From positions 1-64,000 of the forward strand of contig JAQGDQ010000263.1 in NCBI GenBank assembly GCA_030141605.1: DNA of 64,000 nucleotides. Direction: 5' to 3'. The notes beneath the pieces are model-generated. The model searched no databases. It was not told the DNA's origin and worked only from the letters and a program-made list of their open reading frames with translations. A program made the translations under genes and the position numbers. This DNA comes from Tubiluchus corallicola (taxonomy: Eukaryota > Animalia > Priapulida). Positions 1-49,744 of this stretch are shown piece by piece (positions within the stretch are counted from its first letter, which is position 1; the number at the start of each line of letters is the position of its first letter).

Positions 1-202
1 TCTAGGAAACGCTTGCACTTGATATTATGTTTAGAATTAGTTGGTGAATCTACATCAGGTATTATTTTCTTGGTAAAGAGTTCAAGAACTAATCCCATTA
101 ACTAAACACAAAATGTAACTGCTGAATTTCAGTATACCGATCGTGTTTCATTTACTGGGAAGGGTAACGTAAGTGGTTAAAAATGAAAGATGATTGCCTA
201 AT

Positions 203-1001
203 TAGGGGTGCGCCGAATGCACATTTTCATCAACCGAACTAAAGCCGATTTTTTTAACTTGTAAGCTAAAAAACCCGAAGGTTAACCAAAATATTGGCCA
301 TGCTACCGCACATTCCGAATAAAATATAAACTTAAATTGAAAAACTGGACAGAAGCGGAGCCGAATTTCCTTGTGATTCCAATTGAAGAGAATAACGAAC
401 TCTATATTTTATCGTTTTAAGTTAATGGTGATTGATAGGTAGTGTAAATATGTTGTGAATATTAAAAAAAATTGTATTTAATGGTTAATTTTATGTAGTA
501 AAGTATCAAGTATCTTACAAGCAACCCCAATTCTTTTAAAAGCTGTTCAAACTATTTTGTGTAAGCCTAATCACTAAAGACAGTTTTTAAGCAAAACTGG
601 TGTAATTGTTTAGTAGCTCGACTTTTCAAACTTCTCGTTGAGTCATTTTGTCATGTATAAGCAGCTAATACAGTGCCGCCATGCTACTGTGCATTCACAC
701 GACGTGTGTACCGACGGTGCGTCACATTCCTCGAGTTATCATACAGAAACAGGAGGCAAAATATCCGCTGTCGTGCCGTGTTTACTGTTTACTATCAGCT
801 TTATTCGGAAAATTTTTTTACATAGGGAAATATTCCGTTTGTTTAATGTAATTTTCACCAAATGAGACAATTATTAAAAAAGTAACTTCGGTATACCGAG
901 GATTCACTGAACTTAAGGATTACAACCGGTTTACCGGACCCGATTTTTGTACTGATTTTGTACTGAAAAATTCGATGATTTGAATATTCGGTGCATCCCT
1001 A
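203..1001. mobile_element. Non-autonomous hAT-type DNA transposon (MITE)
   Basis: Termini TAGGGGTGCGCCGAAT / ATTCGGTGCATCCCTA form a 14/16 inverted repeat; flanking 8-mers tgcctaat / tgcttaac are a 6/8 decayed TSD; no transposase ORF. Confidence 0.7.
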
Positions 1002-1230
1002 TGCTTAACGACCCTGAGGTTTACTAGGTCTATGGATATACAGTACAAGCAAAGCACATATGGTACTGTTATTTAGTATTTGTAACACAGTAAAGTTCTG
1101 CGACCATCATTAATGTAATAACGATGTACCTTTTTGTAAATGGACTTATTCAAGAACTGAAACATTTACAGTTGATAAACACTGTCGTTTCCAATAAACA
1201 CTTCTTTGTAACTGTGTCTCCTATTTTTAG

Positions 1231-1320
1231 CCTGGCTTGCTCCAGTTTAAGAAGGCGTGTACAGATACATTATTTGCTGCAAAAGACGAACTGCTGAGAG
1301 TTGCAGAACAATATGACCAG
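1231..1320 (+). CDS. NDC80: Kinetochore protein NDC80/HEC1-like, internal exon (PGLLQFKKACTDTLFAAKDELLRVAEQYDQ)
   Basis: tttttag| acceptor and CAG|gtttgt donor, 90 nt, phase 0-0. Co-linear by eye with recalled human HEC1 VPLKELL...TLEQ. Confidence 0.7.
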
Positions 1321-2186
1321 GTTTGTGTGACGTTCAAGCATTCAACACTTTCAACATACTACGATGTGTTATGCGCATACACGTTTCCCTACCTGTTAAA
1401 TTTGGTTTTGCCCCTGTCATCAGTCATGTGACCAGGTAGTTGGCCAGGTAGACATTACCTGGTATGCAATTCAAGTTGATATGATGTGATTGTTGTGAAT
1501 TGATTTCTATTGCTTTTTTGCAAGTTATAAGCTCCAAAACTCAGAGAGACCACATGTAAGTGTCTAATTATCTTTATTAAACTGCTTTATACAATTAGGG
1601 CAATTTTTCTATAATTATAGACGAAAATCACGTAACCTAATTTAGTAATTTACCTGTATCAAACTTATGTTTTTCGCTAAAAACTTATTGCTGTAATTTA
1701 TTATTACAGATAAAATGATAATTGCTGCATATTAAATATATTTGGATGTTCTGAAGTTTAAATGTAGTACACAATGTTGGTTACGTATTTGACGGTATAG
1801 GCCTGAATTTTTCAATTTATGAAGTTCAGAGGCAGCAGACATTATGGCTGACAACATTGCTAGGCAACTTTGCTCAGCTGGTCAAACAAAGTCAACCCAC
1901 CAAGAACCATGTATAGCAAACTCTTAATAATGACGACATATTTAAATTACTACATGGTGAAAATACTGCTTTTTAAGCAAAACGTTGTTATATTTTCCAG
2001 CATACGAAATCTTCTTGGTTTGCTGTGGTACACTACATATCTCATACTGCTATTTCACTGCAGTTTAATTTGATACAAGTGTGTTTTGATCGCATAGTGT
2101 GATATGACATGGCATTTAAACACAGGAAACAGCTGTGAAAACTGTGCAAAATTAACTCTCCTTTGTAACTTTGCATATTTCTTTAG

Positions 2187-2291
2187 TTGTGTGAAGAAGT
2201 TCGTGATAAAACTGTAGAATGCGAAGATTTACGCAGACAGCTTCAAAACTTGGATAAGCAACTGGAAGTCACTCATAGTCAAAGGCAACAG
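2187..2291 (+). CDS. NDC80: NDC80-like internal exon (LCEEVRDKTVECEDLRRQLQNLDKQLEVTHSQRQQ)
   Basis: ttctttag| and CAG|gtaaat, 105 nt, phase 0-0. Coiled-coil; LRRQLQNLDK resembles HEC1 LKEEVQKLDD. Confidence 0.72.
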
Positions 2292-3442
2292 GTAAATAAA
2301 GCAGGCACAAGATGACTGTTTTTGTTGACAACTAATTTATTTTTTTTTAAAGTTTATTTCAGCACATAAAAATGCTATATAAAAGTTAAAATTTGCTCTA
2401 AAAACTAAGAAATGCTACATGTCATGCACTACTAAAACAGCTACAAAGACTTATAAAAATATATACAGTATTTAAAAATGCAAAACATTAGTTTAAAAAA
2501 ACCCAGTGATTTCTACGTCAATAAATCTTGCCATATCAAACTAAGAATGATGCGACTCAAGGTTTAACTAATAATTTAGTAATGTCCAAGTGTTTTAAAT
2601 CTTGTTTGAATCAAATTTTGTCCCAAGTAGGTAGCAGTTTTCAGATATATTCATCTTTTACCCGGACAATTTAAACCAACCAACCAATAAACACCTCCCG
2701 CATTGGAAGTTTGTCAAGCAGTTGGAAATATCAGTTTTAGTAAACTCTTGTTGAAATTATTCAGACTAAATGTACCTGGTTCAGTCCCAGGTTTCAGCAC
2801 CAAAAGTGTAGAAACCAAACTTGGAAAAAACGACTCTTTCATTTTAATTCTAAATTTATTATTAGTTTTCTATATTTTTTCTACTAAAAAGTGTTCATTT
2901 TATGCCTAAGTTGGCAATTTCATTTATTACCTTTTCGAACAAAAGACAATTCAAATAGCTTTGTTTTTCTCTTTTTCTTCGCTTTGACGGATCCGCTACA
3001 CTTTGTATTTAGAATCTTTTTCCCCTTTTATGAAGTATACCTAATCTATAAGTGTTGCGTTTTTCTAAACATTTTCGAAAGAAAAAATGCCATTTCTTAT
3101 AATTTTTTCTTAAGTTTTTTGGTTTAAGGATATTTGGTTGTTTGAGTATTTGTTTGTGTTTTTACAAACGTGTAAAGTTGTAAGCGCGGGTAGTGTATTG
3201 TTTAGCAACTTGCAAACTCATTGAAGTGACTTTTTTCTAGACACCTTTACGTCGTCCATCGTCCAGATTCATTTCAGTGAAGCCAGTGTTGCGTAATGCA
3301 AATCATCTCCGTTAATTCAATTCAATTCAATTTATTCACCTCTTACACGATATAACAATATACAATATTTATATGAGAATGATACTGCTAATGTACCTCT
3401 TATTATAACACCGGGTTAAAATTGTATTTTAAACTATTTTAG

Positions 3443-3558
3443 GAAGTTGAAGAGTGTAAAGAAAATACGAAACATTTACAGACAAAAATAAATTCCTTGA
3501 AAGACCAGCTGAAAACACAGGAAACATCATTACAGGATCAACATGCTGAACTGGAAAG
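3443..3558 (+). CDS. NDC80: NDC80-like internal exon (EVEECKENTKHLQTKINSLKDQLKTQETSLQDQHAELER)
   Basis: tattttag| and AG|gttaac, 116 nt, phase 0-2. EVEEC resembles HEC1 EDEKC. Confidence 0.72.
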
Positions 3559-3802
3559 GTTAACCCTATAAATTTTCCTGTTTTTTTTTGTCAAAATGAT
3601 CATTTCGAATATAGCAGAGTATTGGGTTATTAGAGATGAATAAACTTGTAGAATTGAAAGAAGTAGAACATTGATAGGCAATGGGGATTTTCTTGTTCAG
3701 CAAGTACATTTGTGCGACAAAAAGAGCTGTCGTTTCAACACGTGCAAAAAATAAGCTAGGATCAAGGCATAAAAAAAGCAGAAACTTGGGAAGGAGTTTG
3801 TC

Positions 3803-3895
3803 TAACCTTAACCCTAATGATAACTCCAACCCTAACCCTAATCCTAATCCGCTTCACGAACTAATTTCTTGTGTGTGAGGAATTGTAAGAATTGT
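3803..3895. repeat. Short CCCTAA-like tract plus unique flank; copy of the element at 29900-30340 in opposite orientation
   Basis: ctaaccctaatcctaatccgcttcacgaactaatttcttgtgtgtgagg is close to the reverse complement of ccctacacgcaagaaattagttcataaagcggattagcattagg at about 29906-29949. Confidence 0.7.
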
Positions 3896-3968
3896 GAGGA
3901 AATTTGTATAAAGAATGCAGAAAAAGAGTTAAGAGAAAAGAGATACGAGGAACGGAACCAGCTGGAGG

Positions 3969-4330
<362 letters not shown>

Positions 4331-5032
4331 GGGAAGAGTAGCAATGTATTATTTGTTCTTTGTAAACATGGTGCATATTCTGAGAAGTTATGGTGGCTGA
4401 AAAGCTAAATTGTGGGATGTGCATGAGGACTAATTCCTGTAGTGTAAGACCCACACCCGCAGACTGCCAATGTCCAAAATGCCTGTCACTGCCTCGAATC
4501 AATTAACTTTCTTACAATTAATGAGAATATAAAAACGGGTTGCTAAAACTCACTAACTGTTTAAAACAAAACATTTTATATAAACAAGATAACAGGGTGT
4601 TGTATAGCTGTTTTTAGTTTTACTATTGCATTTTGATGGTTAGTTCTTTGAGCTGGTTTGCACAGTGGAAATATAAATTATTTCCTCCCATCAAGTTCTG
4701 TAATGAAAATAAAAAATAGCAAGAAATGACACAAGTTCCCGATTTTTGCGAAACTTTGCTCACTTTTTCTGTTTTGGCGATGAAATTGATTGCTGATCCT
4801 TTTAAAGCAAAATCGCACCTAATCTTAAACTGTTCGTCAAAACAATCTACTCTTTAAAATATTGAAAGAAAACCTGTGAACAAGCTTTGTACGTGGGAAT
4901 TCTACCTGAAACCTGTTCCCATAGCAACCAGACTACATAGTAAAACACGAATGCATCAGATGAATGAAATCCGAAACAGCGCACTGACTAGCATGTTCCA
5001 GGCAATTTTTCAATTTTATTCGAAACTTTCAG

Positions 5033-5135
5033 AATGGAGAAAAAAGTGCAGGAAATGAAAATGGAAGAGAGGCAATTTGACGAGTTCCTGGTCAAGTTGA
5101 TGAAGCGAATAAACGAGCACAAGGAAAAGATGAGG
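5033..5135 (+). CDS. NDC80: NDC80-like internal exon (MEKKVQEMKMEERQFDEFLVKLMKRINEHKEKMR)
   Basis: ctttcag| and AGG|gtgtgt, 103 nt, phase 2-0, matching the previous exon. EERQ...H resembles HEC1 EERR...H. Confidence 0.72.
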
Positions 5136-5812
5136 GTGTGTTTTTATTTCTCGTTTCCCTTTTTTCAGAGTTGCTACCCTATTGCCAGTTAGGCCGGGAA
5201 CAAAAAAATGTCTCTGTCTTACCTCATAATATCAAAAAATGTCAGTAGGGAGGGAGGAAAATTTTTTTTTAAAAAATTGTGAAAGTTCAAAGTTGAATCG
5301 TGGAATGTTTAAAATCAATTGAAGTCAAAGTTTGTTTATTTCTCATCGGTTAGCAGTAATATTTTAAATTTTTTCAGTGCTCATTTTTTCACGCTTTGTT
5401 TTGCAGTACTAAATTATCGCACAATTATCGATTATCGTCTAGTCTCTTTTTCGTACAGTTTGAACTCATGTTCTGATAATTATGGTATAACCGGCAACAC
5501 TACTCGGACACTAATATGCTGATTTGGTGGAAAATATGATTCTTTTAGCCTCCAATACGATTATCAGCATCATACAAAATGGCCCAGAGTTAGCCGACGT
5601 AAAACATGGCTGTGGTCTTTCTGACAAAAAGATATTTATAATAGCTATTGCGTTTTATATTTTAAATTAAAAAATACACTTATGATGACAGCGTCAGGTA
5701 AGTATATAGACATGTAAAAGAATTATAAAATTCCTGGCAGGGTGTATGATAAAAAAATATTATCCAGGCGAATAGATGGAAACAGAAATATTTTTATTGC
5801 CAGCCTTACTGT

Positions 5813-6188
5813 TAGGGGTGAGCATTCTCTACCAGAAAGCGAATTCGAATCGAACCGAATTTGTGACTTTCGAATTCGAATCGAACCGAACTTCAGTGTT
5901 TCGAATTCGAATTGAGATTGAAAGATTTTCGAACAAGTTTTCGAACCACCAGCAAAAATTATTCTTACAAAGATCATGCATATCACTAGATTTTGTTCTG
6001 CAATAAAACGACTAGTAATTTCTTTAAAATTGTGCGCAGAAATCACAGCTAAATTATGCTAATTGCATGATGTTTCAATCGTTTTAGTGATAAAGAACAT
6101 ATGTGATTGAACTGCTGAATTATTCGAATCGAGTTCGAACTAAAAAAACCCGTTCAAATCGAATTCGAGCGTTCGATGCTCACCCCTA
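5813..6188. mobile_element. hAT-type MITE, family A (376 bp)
   Basis: Perfect TIR TAGGGGTGAGCAT / ATGCTCACCCCTA; perfect 8-bp TSD cttactgt (5805-5812, 6189-6196); subterminal TTCGAA repeats. Confidence 0.9.
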
Positions 6189-6824
6189 CTTACTGTAGGA
6201 CAATATAAAATGTTTAGTCATGCAATGATATTCAACACAAACATTGATCAGTTGTGCATTAGCTGATAGCTGCCCTAAGAAATGCTAAAATTGCTTATTA
6301 TCCTTCCTAACTGATGAAGGCATGTGAATAGTAAATTATAACCTGCCAAAATGTTTGCATGGGGCTGAATATGAAATGTCACTAATTAGTATTAGGCAAC
6401 TCCATCCGTTAGCTTATTAACTCCTAAAATGTGCCAAGTGCTTTGCTGAGTTTTACTCTCATTAAAAGATAATAATGTTCTTTATTGTGAGTTCAAATAA
6501 TAGTCCTTCTACTTTCCTTATTATAAACTCTTGGCAGTTTAACATTAATGTGCTACTGATACTAGCTTATTGAAAATTGAATTTTACTTATAAACTCACA
6601 GCTGATGCACCAGTTTCTTAATTTTACAGTTAGTGTAAGGTTATGGCATCGTGAGACTGTGGTTTGAAAAGATTTCTTGTCTTGTCTCAATAATTACGTT
6701 ATCAATAATTACGATGTTCACAGCATGAGGCATTTTCTGAATTTTTTTATAATTATTAGAGTTTAATAATAAAGAATAAGGCAATTCCACAGCTAGCATT
6801 AAACAAACTTTATTTTTTATGTAG

Positions 6825-6866
6825 AAAACTTTGCTTCTTCTAAACGAAGATGACGATACAGAATGA
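6825..6866 (+). CDS. NDC80: Probable last coding exon of the NDC80-like gene (KTLLLLNEDDDTE*)
   Basis: ttttttatgtag| acceptor, phase 0, TGA at 6864-6866. KTL resembles HEC1 KHL. AATAAA at 7119-7124. Confidence 0.55.
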   Translation, partial: KTLLLLNEDDDTE

Positions 6867-7621
6867 TTCCGCCAGGTGAATGGTAACTTTAAAATTCATG
6901 GATCTGTATATACAGAAATAATTATATTGATTTGTATTTGCTAACACACTGCCCGATTATAATTAATCCATGCATCTTTTTTTATTTAATAATTTTTATC
7001 AGTATCCAAGACTAAAGTAACCAAGTGACAAATTTGTAATAATGAATGTCTCATCATCTCCAATATTCATGTAACTCTGGAAATGTTTTGTTCCATTGTC
7101 AACTTGTGAAGTCTGCCGAATAAAAATTTGACTCGAGGACATTATTTCAATGATTTGTTTGTTGTTCTTGGTTCTGTTTCGAGTTTGTTTTTCTCTAGTT
7201 GGAAGCCAATTGAAAATGCAGAAATACCCGTTTGTTCAGAACGAAAATCAAGGTCAAATTGGGCTTGTCAGCTTTAGTGTGACAAACAGTGACCAAAAGT
7301 GCTTGGTTTGGGAAATAAATTGCACTTACTGTTTAATAGTTGTTACTTTAAATCTGGGCCCAGTGTACGCTTCTAGGTTGGGTTTGCAGCAAGCAATCGA
7401 TTAACATAATTTATGCAGCTTTATGACCTTGCTACACTGTTCTCTTTTGCTTCCAAACTGTAATGCATTTAGAAATTATGCGGTTAAGCAAAAATCACAT
7501 GAGATACAAATGGGAAATTGGACAAGCAAGAGTGTGAAGTATGCAGTTTTATAGTTATTTCAAAATTTGTTCAATTAAAAACGAAGAAATCGCTAAATTT
7601 ACTAACATTATTTACAAATGG

Positions 7622-7666
7622 TTTATTTTCAACAAGCATTTTACACATAATATCATCAAGTTTATT
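7622..7666 (-). promoter_or_regulatory. Candidate polyadenylation signals of the semaphorin 3' UTR
   Basis: AATAAA on the - strand at 7661-7666 and 7622-7627, about 1.4 kb after the stop codon, followed by U-rich sequence. Confidence 0.35.
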
Positions 7667-9072
7667 TCTGAATGGTGATTGTTTGAGTCCAGGTTCACTT
7701 TGTGTCATTTACTTAATTCCAAAAACCGATAATCAACATTCGAGTAACTCTTTGAAGATCAGTAATGGCCAACGTCGATTGCAAAGCAATAATTATACCC
7801 AAAATTTAAGATGGCACAAATACTAATTATAATTATATTAACACATAAAATATATTAGCTCTTTCTTTTCTTGCTGCCATTTGAATTTAAAACTTAGCTT
7901 AACAATCACGATCATATACACAGATGTCATAATCATCCTCTATACAGATGTACATGGATCAGGCTTAGTGCTGCTACTGCATCAAATAATGTAACATAAT
8001 AAACTACTCTCCATGATTCCCGAACTTTGTTCAAAAACTTATTTACAAGATGTACAACTCCATTTTTACAAAACTTACGTAAACGTGGCCCGCAAGAGCG
8101 ACTGCCACGATTTCTAACAGCAAACAAATAGTCACGTAGTTCTCAAGCCTAATTCACATTGCATAAGGCACAATTATTCCTTACTAGCAAAGTTCGATGG
8201 CGTACAATGCAAAGCTCGATTTAAGCACTGGTGAAAGTAAATTGGCGTTAAACACAATCTCAAAGTCGTAATTTTTAATGACAAAACTTAACAAGAATGA
8301 CTTGCAAATAATCAAAACGAAGTTACTGGTGACGTTCAGTCATATCTTCACAAGTCTCGTTAATCAAGTTTTGGAGAATCGTGGAAGACCTGCTTTCACG
8401 AAACGAGGGATAAGTGAAATGGTGTTTAGAAATTTTGTCTTCCTTACGTCGTGAGTAAGTTACGGATTCCTCTCAGCATCACACAGACCGAGAAGAGAAC
8501 TATTCTGACATATCAGAGAAGCGCGCCATCACGGAAATCCCATTTTGGAAACGGTATACGCTTGCACTCAAATTATCTAAGCTCGTAAGCTTTGTTTCAA
8601 GTTTTAAAACTCTTTTAACACATACGAATAAGTTCCACTTTGAAGGAATGTACTAAATTTGAGCTTTTTTGCAATGTTATACGTACTCCCACGTATCAGC
8701 TACTAGTGGCATTTCCAACGAAACACGGAAATCTGTCGAGATTGCGTCCACTATTCTCGCAAGTGTGCCGTACATATTCGCAAGGTGCTCAACGTATAGA
8801 GGCTTCTAGCCAGCACTAGTAGTCTTTCCACCGTGTAACAATTCAAGAAAATCAATTACACCCGTATTCACTGTGTTGGAAACTCCTGTGCAGCGTAAGT
8901 TCTTGAGTGCTTACACATTAAGCTAAGCTTTTTAATCTTTGCTATAACGAGAACTTCAGCTACGTGGAAAGCAAAGCTTTTGATACGGGCAGGAATACTG
9001 GTTGTCTGCTTCTCAAATGAGTTAAATAATTGCACCAGGAAACACATTATAATACTGAATACTAACCAGATA

Positions 9073-44707
<35,635 letters not shown>

Positions 44708-46346
44708 CTGTAAGAGAAAAGAAAACGTGTTTTAATCAGTCTGTAATGATGTGAGATTAGTTCTGTGCTCTCAATGCTGGTAACTCCTTTTTACGTTCAT
44801 TAACACTTAATAAGTCACCCAGAGTAGTAGGTAACTGAAGTTCTTTTGCAAAGGTAGGATTGGCTTCTAAACTTGATGTTCCACGACCGCGGCTACTGAA
44901 AGAAGAAGAGACTTCCCCCTTGAAGCAGCGTATTTTGTTGTCCACACACTTACGACAAATTCAATTCAATTGAAATTTTTATTTCGGTAACTGGCATCAT
45001 ATAAACTACAAATATAGTAGCAAAATAAAATAAAATCTAATGACATAAAAAATTACAAGAGTAAATATATATATATATGGGGTTAGTAAATTAAGAGGTA
45101 AATAAATTTCACAGGCTAATTATGCAACAATTCGTTCTATTTCACAAAAAGCAAGGCTGACAAGTCTATGTGGGTTAATAATAGCAGTTATAATACTATT
45201 GCTAGTGTACAATAGTAACCTATTTCGAACGCTATAACATGATCCTCTGCGAATATGACTAAAATGTGGTAGAGAGATAGGTTTACAAAGATCACCATAG
45301 CATAGTGTTTAGACCACGCTACCATTCAAACGTTAGTTGTCTAATTACTGATCATTTAACGTGACAGCGATAGTGTACACAACAAAACAACCCAGGAGGA
45401 GGGCACAGTTCTTACGTATCACTAAACATTACTTGTTGATCAAACTAATTACAGTCTAGACTACACGATACGACAAAAAATGTGCCAAAGTCAAACAAAC
45501 ACCAGCTTCGAAAAACAGTGTAAGTGACAAGGAAACAAGTGTTCTCAATATCGAGACACAAACCAATTCGTCGATCACAAAGAAACTTGGAATGAATAAA
45601 GTTTTACTGGAATGTCAACATATATTTGCCCATTAAACGTAATAATCATTATATATATATATATGAAAGTAATAAAAATATTAACGACGCATTACTATGC
45701 ATGAACATGTGATAAAATTAAATCATGATTAAAGTCACCAACTCAGCATCAACTCTTGCTTCTTTTAACAGCAATAATCTGATGACTAAGAACCGCCCGG
45801 AGGCAGTGATTATTTCAAGGACTTCATTAAAATTCGATGCCCGCCATTGCGATGGTGATAAAGAAATAGATGCGTCACGCTACACACGCGCCACCAAGTG
45901 AAAGGGATGGGAAGCACGAGCCCGCATGCCTGTAGAAGTACTTCACAGGAAATGACATAGTGCGATTCATCAACAAACACGAGCTGTGATGAGAGATAGA
46001 TCATCCTCAGTTTATGTTAGGATTTCATTGGGGTTTCAATGGGGGATTTTTCTACCTCGTTTTCGACCCAGCTGTGGATTATGTAACAGAAAACTGGCAA
46101 ACCGCATGTCCCAAGAGACAACGACCATATGCTCGGTCCCGTAGACTGTAGAATCATGTCGATCGTTGTAACTTGTAACCAATACATCTGCTTATCAGAG
46201 TTGGTGAAGATGCTGCAGATGCAGCATCAGCAGCATAGACGATGCGCAGTAAAAAAGATAAGAAAAGTTAACAACGGGATGCAGATGCTTGAGAAAATTG
46301 GAATTCTGCCTGAATTGTTCATCTGCTTCTTCAGCGAATACAGGCG

Positions 46347-47120
46347 TACGAATACAAATTATGTAAATGCTTAAACCAAACCATTAAATACGAATATAAA
46401 TTATGTAAATGCTTAAACCAAACCATTAAATACGAATATAAATTATGTAAATGCTTAAACCAAACCATTAAATACGAATATAAATTACGTAAATGCTTAA
46501 ACCAAACCATTAAATACGAATATAAATTATGTAAATGCTTAAACCAAACTATTAAATGCGAATATAAATTAGGTAAATGCTTAAACCAAACTAATAAATA
46601 CGAATATATATTACGTACATGCTTAAACCAAACCATTAAATACGAATACAAATTATGTAAATGCTTAAACCAAACCATTAAATACAAATATAAATTATGT
46701 AAATGCTTAAACCAAACCATTAAATACGAATATAAATTACGTAAATGCTTAAACCAAACCATTAAATACGAATATAAATTACGTAAATGCTTAAACCAAA
46801 CCATTAAATACGAATATAAATTATGTAAATGCTTAAACCAAACTATTAAATACTAACATATATTACGTAAATGCTTAAACCAAACTATTAAATGCGAATA
46901 TAAATTAGGTAAATGCTTAAACCAAACTAATAAATACGAATATATATTACGTACATGCTTAAACCAAACCATTAAATACGAATACAAATTATGTAAATGC
47001 TTAAACCAAACCATTAAATATGAATATAAATTACGTAAATGCTTGAACCAAACCATTAAATACGAATATAAATAATATAAATGCTTAAACCAAACCATAT
47101 GCTTAAACTAACCATTAAAT
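46347..47120. repeat. 42-bp AT-rich minisatellite, about 18 copies
   Basis: Unit tacgaatataaattatgtaaatgcttaaaccaaaccattaaa; unrelated to the 23374 array. Confidence 0.95.
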
Positions 47121-47735
47121 GCTTTCAAAATAATATATAAATATATTATAGAGATATATATAGGATATAGTTACATCACAAAAATTAGTATAAAAGCAAG
47201 TCAGAATATATATAATTTATATATTACTGTGGTCAAAAAACAAAAACAAGAAGATTAGTCATATGTGCCAAATATACCTAAGTTGTGTCCAAAATTTATT
47301 TTCATGGCGTTTTATGTCGTGCTAACCACAACCATGTGCCCCCCCCCCCAGGTTTTAAATGCAGACCTTTTTATCATATTGAATGCAGAAAAATGGGACA
47401 GTGAAATTAATAAAACAAAACATGAAAACCAATAATGGATAGTAAAATTCTTAATAGTTTTTATTATCCTTTATCAATATTCACGGCACACAATGTGGAA
47501 ATTTTATTGGCCACTCGACGCCCTAATTTCTCTTCTTTTTTCAACATCAAATTTCAACATCTACCAGCAGAATTCGTATAATATTATTAATATTACATAC
47601 TAGTTTAGAAAAAAAACTTTCCAGAGCTTGAATGAAACTTGCGTTAAGTACAAGATATGGAACTTGCTATTTCAATGGACGTACATTCATGGTACTGAAT
47701 TTACTTAATAAATGGGCCTAAAAAGTGTTTTTTAA

Positions 47736-48361
47736 AGGAAGACCGGACGATTGTTTAGACTCAATCTCATTTTAATTTGCTGTCCAAAATATACATTTTC
47801 TTGCCTATAAAAGTTAACAGTTGTTCCTTATATTTGAATAATTAGCTTAGAAAGTTATTTAACGGCAAACGAACACAGCTATTGCTTACGTCAGAAACTA
47901 ACCACAGTTTGTGCAATGGCAGGCGTCTTCCCTTGCGCGTGAATCTACTAAACTTTCAAAGCTACGCGCGGCTCAGTGAATCTACTAAGATTGGCAGCGG
48001 CGCCTTTTTGTCACACTCGCGTGGCCGACAAATAGAAGGCGGTACCGTGATAAGCAGGATCATAGAAGTTAGTTTCTGACGTCATATGATGTAGAGCCCA
48101 TTTTTCGTGACACCGTACGTTTAAACGGTACTGTAACACTTATGCAAATGTGCTTGACGCACAAGGGCAGACGCCTGCCATTGCACAAGCTGTGGTTAGT
48201 TTCTGACGTAAGCAATAGCTGTGTTCGGTTGCCGTTAATTAACTTTCTAAGCAAACTATTCAAATAAAAGGAACAATTGTTAACTTTTATAGACAAGAAA
48301 ATATATGTTTTGGACTGTAAATTAAAATGAGATTGAGTTTAAACAATCGTCCTGGCTTCCT
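47736..48361. mobile_element. Kolobok-like MITE with ~200-bp terminal inverted repeats
   Basis: TTAA|AGGAAGACCGGACGATTGTTTAGACTCAATCTC ... GAGATTGAGTTTAAACAATCGTCCTGGCTTCCT|TTAA; arms about 47736-47940 and 48155-48361. Confidence 0.85.
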
Positions 48362-49636
48362 TTAACTGAATAAGCTTGACATGTCTGATATTCAAATAAT
48401 CAACGAGTCTGACGGATCAACAGCTTTAATTTTTGACCTTTCCAAATATCCAGCGATTAACATAAAGACGGAAATCTCACTTGCCAATAATTCATTAGTA
48501 CAAGTGAAGCTGATGATTTCTGCTCGTGCAATAAGCTGACTGGCAAACGAAATTAGTGCCTCGTGAAGGAATTTGTGGCGCCGTTATTGATGAGGTACGG
48601 GAAATATCGATCACGGATCGAAATTTAACGTGTAAAAGAATGGCGTCGTTCTCCAATGACGCCTAGTCAGACTTGAAAGGAGAAAACAGTGACAACATTT
48701 ACAAAATTTCAATTTCAGGGTTTTCATAGGATAAGTAGAAAAATTTCAATTCCTTAAAGAAGTTCATACAATAAATGAATAAACAAATGACACCAAATGG
48801 CAGCGTGTACATTACACAGAAAACACAGCAAAACTGTGAGTCTTACAGTGGCGCCACCATTTAGTAATTCCAACGAAGCCTCCCTTACACCATATGCCAA
48901 AGATCTACTGCTCATTATACGTATGTGTTTATATTTATGCTTATGTTTATGCTTATGTTTATTTGTCGCTTCAAACTTTACTTCCTGTTCACAAATAAGG
49001 AATACAGTGTATTTATATAACCTCTCAAAATTGCGCCACCTACAGCAAAACAAAAAAGCGCAATGATTTCACCAATTTAAAACAAAAGAACATCCACGCC
49101 ACGAACAGATTAGAAACATAAAAACAAACGAGACGATTTGTTTTATTGCAATTGTTTAGATTTTTATAGTTATTCGCGCAGTCTGCTAAAGAAGCTGAGA
49201 TGAATCAACTGCAACGAAATCAGTTTCGCCGAAATGAAGCCAAACTTTCAGCAATGGCGGAAACTTTCACCAGACATGAATCGCCTGTGTTAGGCGGGTA
49301 GTAAATTTAATAACAGAACAGAAATCACCTGAAGTGATTAGCAAACAAACTTGTTCATTTCGGCGCCAGCAGTTTCCACACAAACACGTAAGATGTGCAT
49401 AATGTCTGGCTTCAGACAGACTTCAGTGTTTTATCTACGAGCTTCATTAGATACGAATAGATAAATTCTATAAATGATCAGTGGTCAATATCTATAAGTG
49501 GTCAATAGATAAATTAACGACTAGTCTGTCTATTGTGAATTTCATAGTCTATCATATCATAGTTATGGCAAAAATTTTGCACCTGTTAAGCTTAACCAAA
49601 ATAGCAGAACGTATTCGATTTTTTAGACGGGTCCTA

Positions 49637-49744
49637 AACAATAATAACGGCGACGGCAACAACAACAACAACAGCAACAGCAACAACAAAAACAACAACA
49701 GCAACAGCAACAACAACAACAACAATAATAATAATAATAACAAT
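49637..49744. repeat. (CAA/TAA)n microsatellite
   Basis: Direct inspection. Confidence 0.9.

Noticed and set aside
35-168. Possible small upstream NDC80-like exons (ttcag|tatacc...aac|gtaagt; tcag|gtatta)
   Set aside because: Splice-like sites are present, but no frame could be matched convincingly to NDC80; left uncalled.
45810-46004. LVFVDESH motif resembling a Tc1/IS630 DDE start or a DExH helicase motif II
   Set aside because: Isolated short motif with no other transposase or helicase motifs nearby.
48509-48560. CTGATGA...CGAAA hammerhead-like core (CTGATGA also at 6311, 55831, 58221)
   Set aside because: Stems I-III could not be paired in the required register.
48797-49066. + strand peptide RNTVYLYNLSKLRHLQQ resembling the missing Sema 'ARNxVYNLSL' exon
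   Set aside because: Wrong strand for the gene and no suitable splice donor; treated as chance.
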